This document shows, piece after piece, positions 61,668 through 64,000 of a stretch of DNA of 64,000 nucleotides; the stretch's first letter is position 1; every line of letters starts with the position of its first letter. The notes under the pieces are model-generated. The model saw only the letters and a list, made by a program, of their open reading frames with translations. It made no database searches and was not told the DNA's origin. The translations under genes and the position numbers were made by a program. The DNA is from Frankiales bacterium (GTDB lineage: Bacteria > Actinomycetota > Actinomycetes > Mycobacteriales > SCTD01): positions 4,604 to 68,603 of the forward strand of contig JAYUMN010000054.1 in assembly GCA_043762595.1 (NCBI GenBank). The letters run 5' to 3'.

Positions 61668-62951
61668 CTATCGGGCGTGCTGGATCGGGTCCGCCGGCCG
61701 CGGGTAAGCGGGGTGGGCCTCGACCAGCGCGTCGACGCAGGCACGGATCTCGGCGGCGGCGCTGCCGTCCTGGTCGCGCACCGCCCGGGAGATCAGGCCG
61801 GCTACCTCTTTCATTTCGCCCTCGCACATCCCCTGGGTCGTGATGGACGGCGTGCCGACGCGGATACCACTGGCGACCGACGGCGGTTGCGGGTCGTACG
61901 GGATGGCGTTTTTGTTGAGCACGATCCCGGCCGCGGCGCAGCGGGCCTCTGCCTGGGCACCCGTCACGCCGATCCCCTGCAGGTCGAGCAGTGCCAGGTG
62001 GGTATCGGTGCCGCCGGTCACAGGCCGCATGCCCTCGGTGGCGAGCGCGTCGGTGAGCAGCTGGCTGTTGGCGATGACCTGCTGCGCATAGGCCCGGTAG
62101 GCCGGGGTGGCGGCCTCCTTGAGGGCGACGGCCTTGGCCGCCACGGCGTGCATCAGCGGGCCACCCTGCATCATCGGGAAGACCGCCTTGTCGAGCTTGG
62201 CGGCGTGTTCGGCCTTGCAGACGAACATCCCGCCGCGGGGGCCACGCAAGACCTTGTGGGTGGTGAACGTGACGACATCGGCGTATGGAACCGGGCTCGG
62301 GATCGCCTTGCCGGCCACCAGACCAATGAAGTGCGCCGCGTCGACCAGCAAGATGGCGCCGACCTCGTCGGCGATGGCCCGGAAGGCCGCGAAGTCGATC
62401 GTCCGCGGGATCGCCGAGCCGCCGCAGATGATCATCTTCGGCCGGTGCTGAAGCGCCAAATCGCGCGCCTGGTCGTAGTCGATGTCCTCGGTGTCCTTGG
62501 CCACGCCGTAATGCACCGCGTTGAACCACTTGCCACTGAAGCTGACCTTCGTGCCGTGGGTGAGGTGACCGCCGTGCGGCAACGACATCGCAAGGACCGT
62601 GTCACCGGGGCTGAGAAACGCTCCGTAGACGGCGATGTTGGCGCTCGCGCCGGAATGCGGCTGCAGGTTGGCGTGCTCAGCCCCGAACAGCTCTTTGGCC
62701 CGCTCGATGCCGAGCTGTTCGGCGACGTCCACCACCTCACAGCCGCCGTAGTAGCGCTTGCCCGGGTAGCCCTCGGCGTACTTGTTGGACAGCGTGCTGC
62801 CCAACGCCGCGAGCACCGCCGGGCTGGTGAAGTTCTCACTCGCGATCAGCTGGAGCCCCGACCGCAGCCGGGTCAGCTCGTCGAGCACGACACCGGCGAT
62901 CTCCGGATCGGTGTCCTGCAGCGCGGCGAAGTCGGGGCCCCAGAACGTCAC
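61668..62951 (-). CDS. glyA: serine hydroxymethyltransferase
   Basis: [18 protein letters not shown]...[15 protein letters not shown]...[14 protein letters not shown] (PLP Lys). GTG start with AAGGAG RBS. Confidence 0.95.
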   Translation of the reverse strand: MTFWGPDFAALQDTDPEIAGVVLDELTRLRSGLQLIASENFTSPAVLAALGSTLSNKYAEGYPGKRYYGGCEVVDVAEQLGIERAKELFGAEHANLQPHSGASANIAVYGAFLSPGDTVLAMSLPHGGHLTHGTKVSFSGKWFNAVHYGVAKDTEDIDYDQARDLALQHRPKMIICGGSAIPRTIDFAAFRAIADEVGAILLVDAAHFIGLVAGKAIPSPVPYADVVTFTTHKVLRGPRGGMFVCKAEHAAKLDKAVFPMMQGGPLMHAVAAKAVALKEAATPAYRAYAQQVIANSQLLTDALATEGMRPVTGGTDTHLALLDLQGIGVTGAQAEARCAAAGIVLNKNAIPYDPQPPSVASGIRVGTPSITTQGMCEGEMKEVAGLISRAVRDQDGSAAAEIRACVDALVEAHPAYPRPADPIQHAR

Positions 62952-63010
62952 GGCAGATCTCCTTGGTGGTGGCGGTCCCCCATCGTACGGCGGAAGTCCG
63001 CGGATCTGCC
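62952..63010 (-). promoter_or_regulatory. glyA leader inverted repeat whose 3' arm covers the SD-to-start spacer
   Basis: mRNA sense: GGCAGAUC-N43-GAUCUGCC-GUG. The arms correspond to 63003-63010 and 62952-62959. The AAGGAG RBS abuts and overlaps the 3' arm. Confidence 0.3.
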
Positions 63011-63589
63011 TCAGCCCACCAGCAGGTCGAGCGGGCCCTGCAGCAACGCCTCGACGAGCTCGGCGCAGACAGCAAACGCCGCAGCACGCTCCCGGTAGGG
63101 ATCCTCGAGGTCGTCGTCCCTGGGCCGGCCCGGCGACGCCAGCCCCCGGTTGCCGTTCGCTGCCCGGACCAGGGCCCGGGCCCGCTCCACCGGGTCGCCA
63201 GCCGGGAGTGTCGCCGGGTCGACCAGCGCGGTGAGGCGGTTGAACTCGCGCAGGGTGAAGGTCCGGCCTGCCGCCCGCGGCTGCAGCACCACCGCGGCCG
63301 CGCGATGCTCGCGTGCGGCAGCGAGAACGAGATCGGCGCCGGCAACCTGCGCACTCGTCAACTCCCGGGCCCGGAAGGCCGCCCCGTCCACGGCGTAGGA
63401 CGCAAGGGTGGTGAGGGCGTGCGGCTCCATCGGCGATCCGGTGAGCCCCCAGGTGCCGCCGGAGCCGACCCGGAAGCCATCGGCCCGCTCACCCAGCCGG
63501 CGGCGCAGCCCTTCGCGCATGAGGTGTTCCGCCATCGGGGAGCGGCAAATATTGCCGGTGCAGACATGCAGCACGTTGAACGTGCTCAC
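63011..63589 (-). CDS. low-molecular-weight protein tyrosine/arginine phosphatase
   Basis: VLHVCTGNICRSPMAE (CX5R-S P-loop) and a C-terminal DPY motif (LEDPY). Confidence 0.88.
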   Translation of the reverse strand: MSTFNVLHVCTGNICRSPMAEHLMREGLRRRLGERADGFRVGSGGTWGLTGSPMEPHALTTLASYAVDGAAFRARELTSAQVAGADLVLAAAREHRAAAVVLQPRAAGRTFTLREFNRLTALVDPATLPAGDPVERARALVRAANGNRGLASPGRPRDDDLEDPYRERAAAFAVCAELVEALLQGPLDLLVG

Positions 63590-64000
63590 CGCCCGACCTC
63601 GAGGTCAGGAACGAGCTTGCGCAACGCCTCCTCCGACACGGCGCCTGCGCGCAGCACCCTGGGTCGCTCACCGGTGAGGTCCACGATGGTGGAGGGCACC
63701 GGGTCGCCGGACGGACCGCCGTCGAGATAGACCTCAACCGCGGTGCCGAGCTGGCGGGCCGCCTCGGCCGCGTCGGTGGCCGGGGGGAGGCCGCTGCGAT
63801 TGGCGCTCGAAACCGCGAGCGGGCCGGTCTCGGCGAGCACGGCGAGCGCGACGGGATCGAGCGGCATCCGCACCGCGACGGTGCCACGGGTTTCGCCGAG
63901 GTCCCAGGCCAGGGTGATCGCGTGCCGCAGCACCAGCGTCAGGGGGCCGGGCCAATGTGCCTCGATGAGCTGCCGGGCGACCGGTGGAACGACGTCGATC
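63586..64000 (-). CDS. L-threonylcarbamoyladenylate synthase (Sua5/YwlC/TsaC), 3' part only
   Basis: ...WPGPLTLVLRH...VAVRMP...LAVSSANRSG...PSTIVDL. It runs off the window end. GTGA overlap with the phosphatase start. Confidence 0.85.
   Translation of the reverse strand, partial: IDVVPPVARQLIEAHWPGPLTLVLRHAITLAWDLGETRGTVAVRMPLDPVALAVLAETGPLAVSSANRSGLPPATDAAEAARQLGTAVEVYLDGGPSGDPVPSTIVDLTGERPRVLRAGAVSEEALRKLVPDLEVGR

Noticed and set aside
61182-63098. 638-aa plus-strand ORF
   Set aside because: It is antisense to wecA and glyA, both of which have strong family motifs.

Overview
This is a high-GC actinobacterial chromosomal segment. It is almost fully coding, with about 60 CDS, many of them joined by ATGA/GTGA/TGATG stop-start overlaps. 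I found no rRNA, tRNA, CRISPR array, transposase or integrase.

Gene content, left to right:
- A response-regulator / HEAT-repeat / family-2 glycosyltransferase / response-regulator group (0-3.1 kb).
- The complete GlgE alpha-glucan pathway: glgP divergent from glgE-treS-pep2-glgB (3.2-13.0 kb).
- A roughly 0.9 kb stretch with a mosaic coding signal and a 9-bp tandem repeat (13.1-13.8 kb).
- A thioredoxin-TPR protein, a stand-alone B12 acyl-CoA mutase large subunit, and a NUDIX hydrolase.
- A form-II CO-dehydrogenase-like molybdoenzyme cluster, coxS-L-M-D-E-xdhC-mocA-coxG (17.2-25.5 kb), divergent from moaA.
- meaB-thiolase, an epimerase, ccr, a DivIVA-domain protein plus an AI-2E transporter, a hydrolase, and a double 3-hydroxyacyl-CoA dehydrogenase.
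- nucS, followed by two family-less genes (37.5-40.3 kb) that converge on a MoxR-DUF58-transglutaminase operon.
- A DUF2071 gene and an array of about 85-bp palindromic tandem repeats (45.1-45.4 kb).
- ecm/meaA, a STAS protein, murA, a PduO-type adenosyltransferase, NfeD-SPFH, and DUF2550.
- The full F1Fo ATP synthase operon (atpZ-B-E-F-H-A-G-D-C), then wecA, glyA, an LMW phosphatase and a partial sua5/tsaC.

The backbone order (sua5-wecA-atp-murA-nucS-thiolase-thioredoxin-glgB-glgE-glgP) matches what I recall for Mycobacterium and Streptomyces. It is therefore mostly ordinary core genome.

The least explained parts are the nucS-adjacent orphan gene pair, the 85-bp repeat array, the decayed-looking 13 kb region, and the HEAT-GT2 module flanked by receiver domains. 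All calls come from reading the translations and the sequence by eye. No database search was run.
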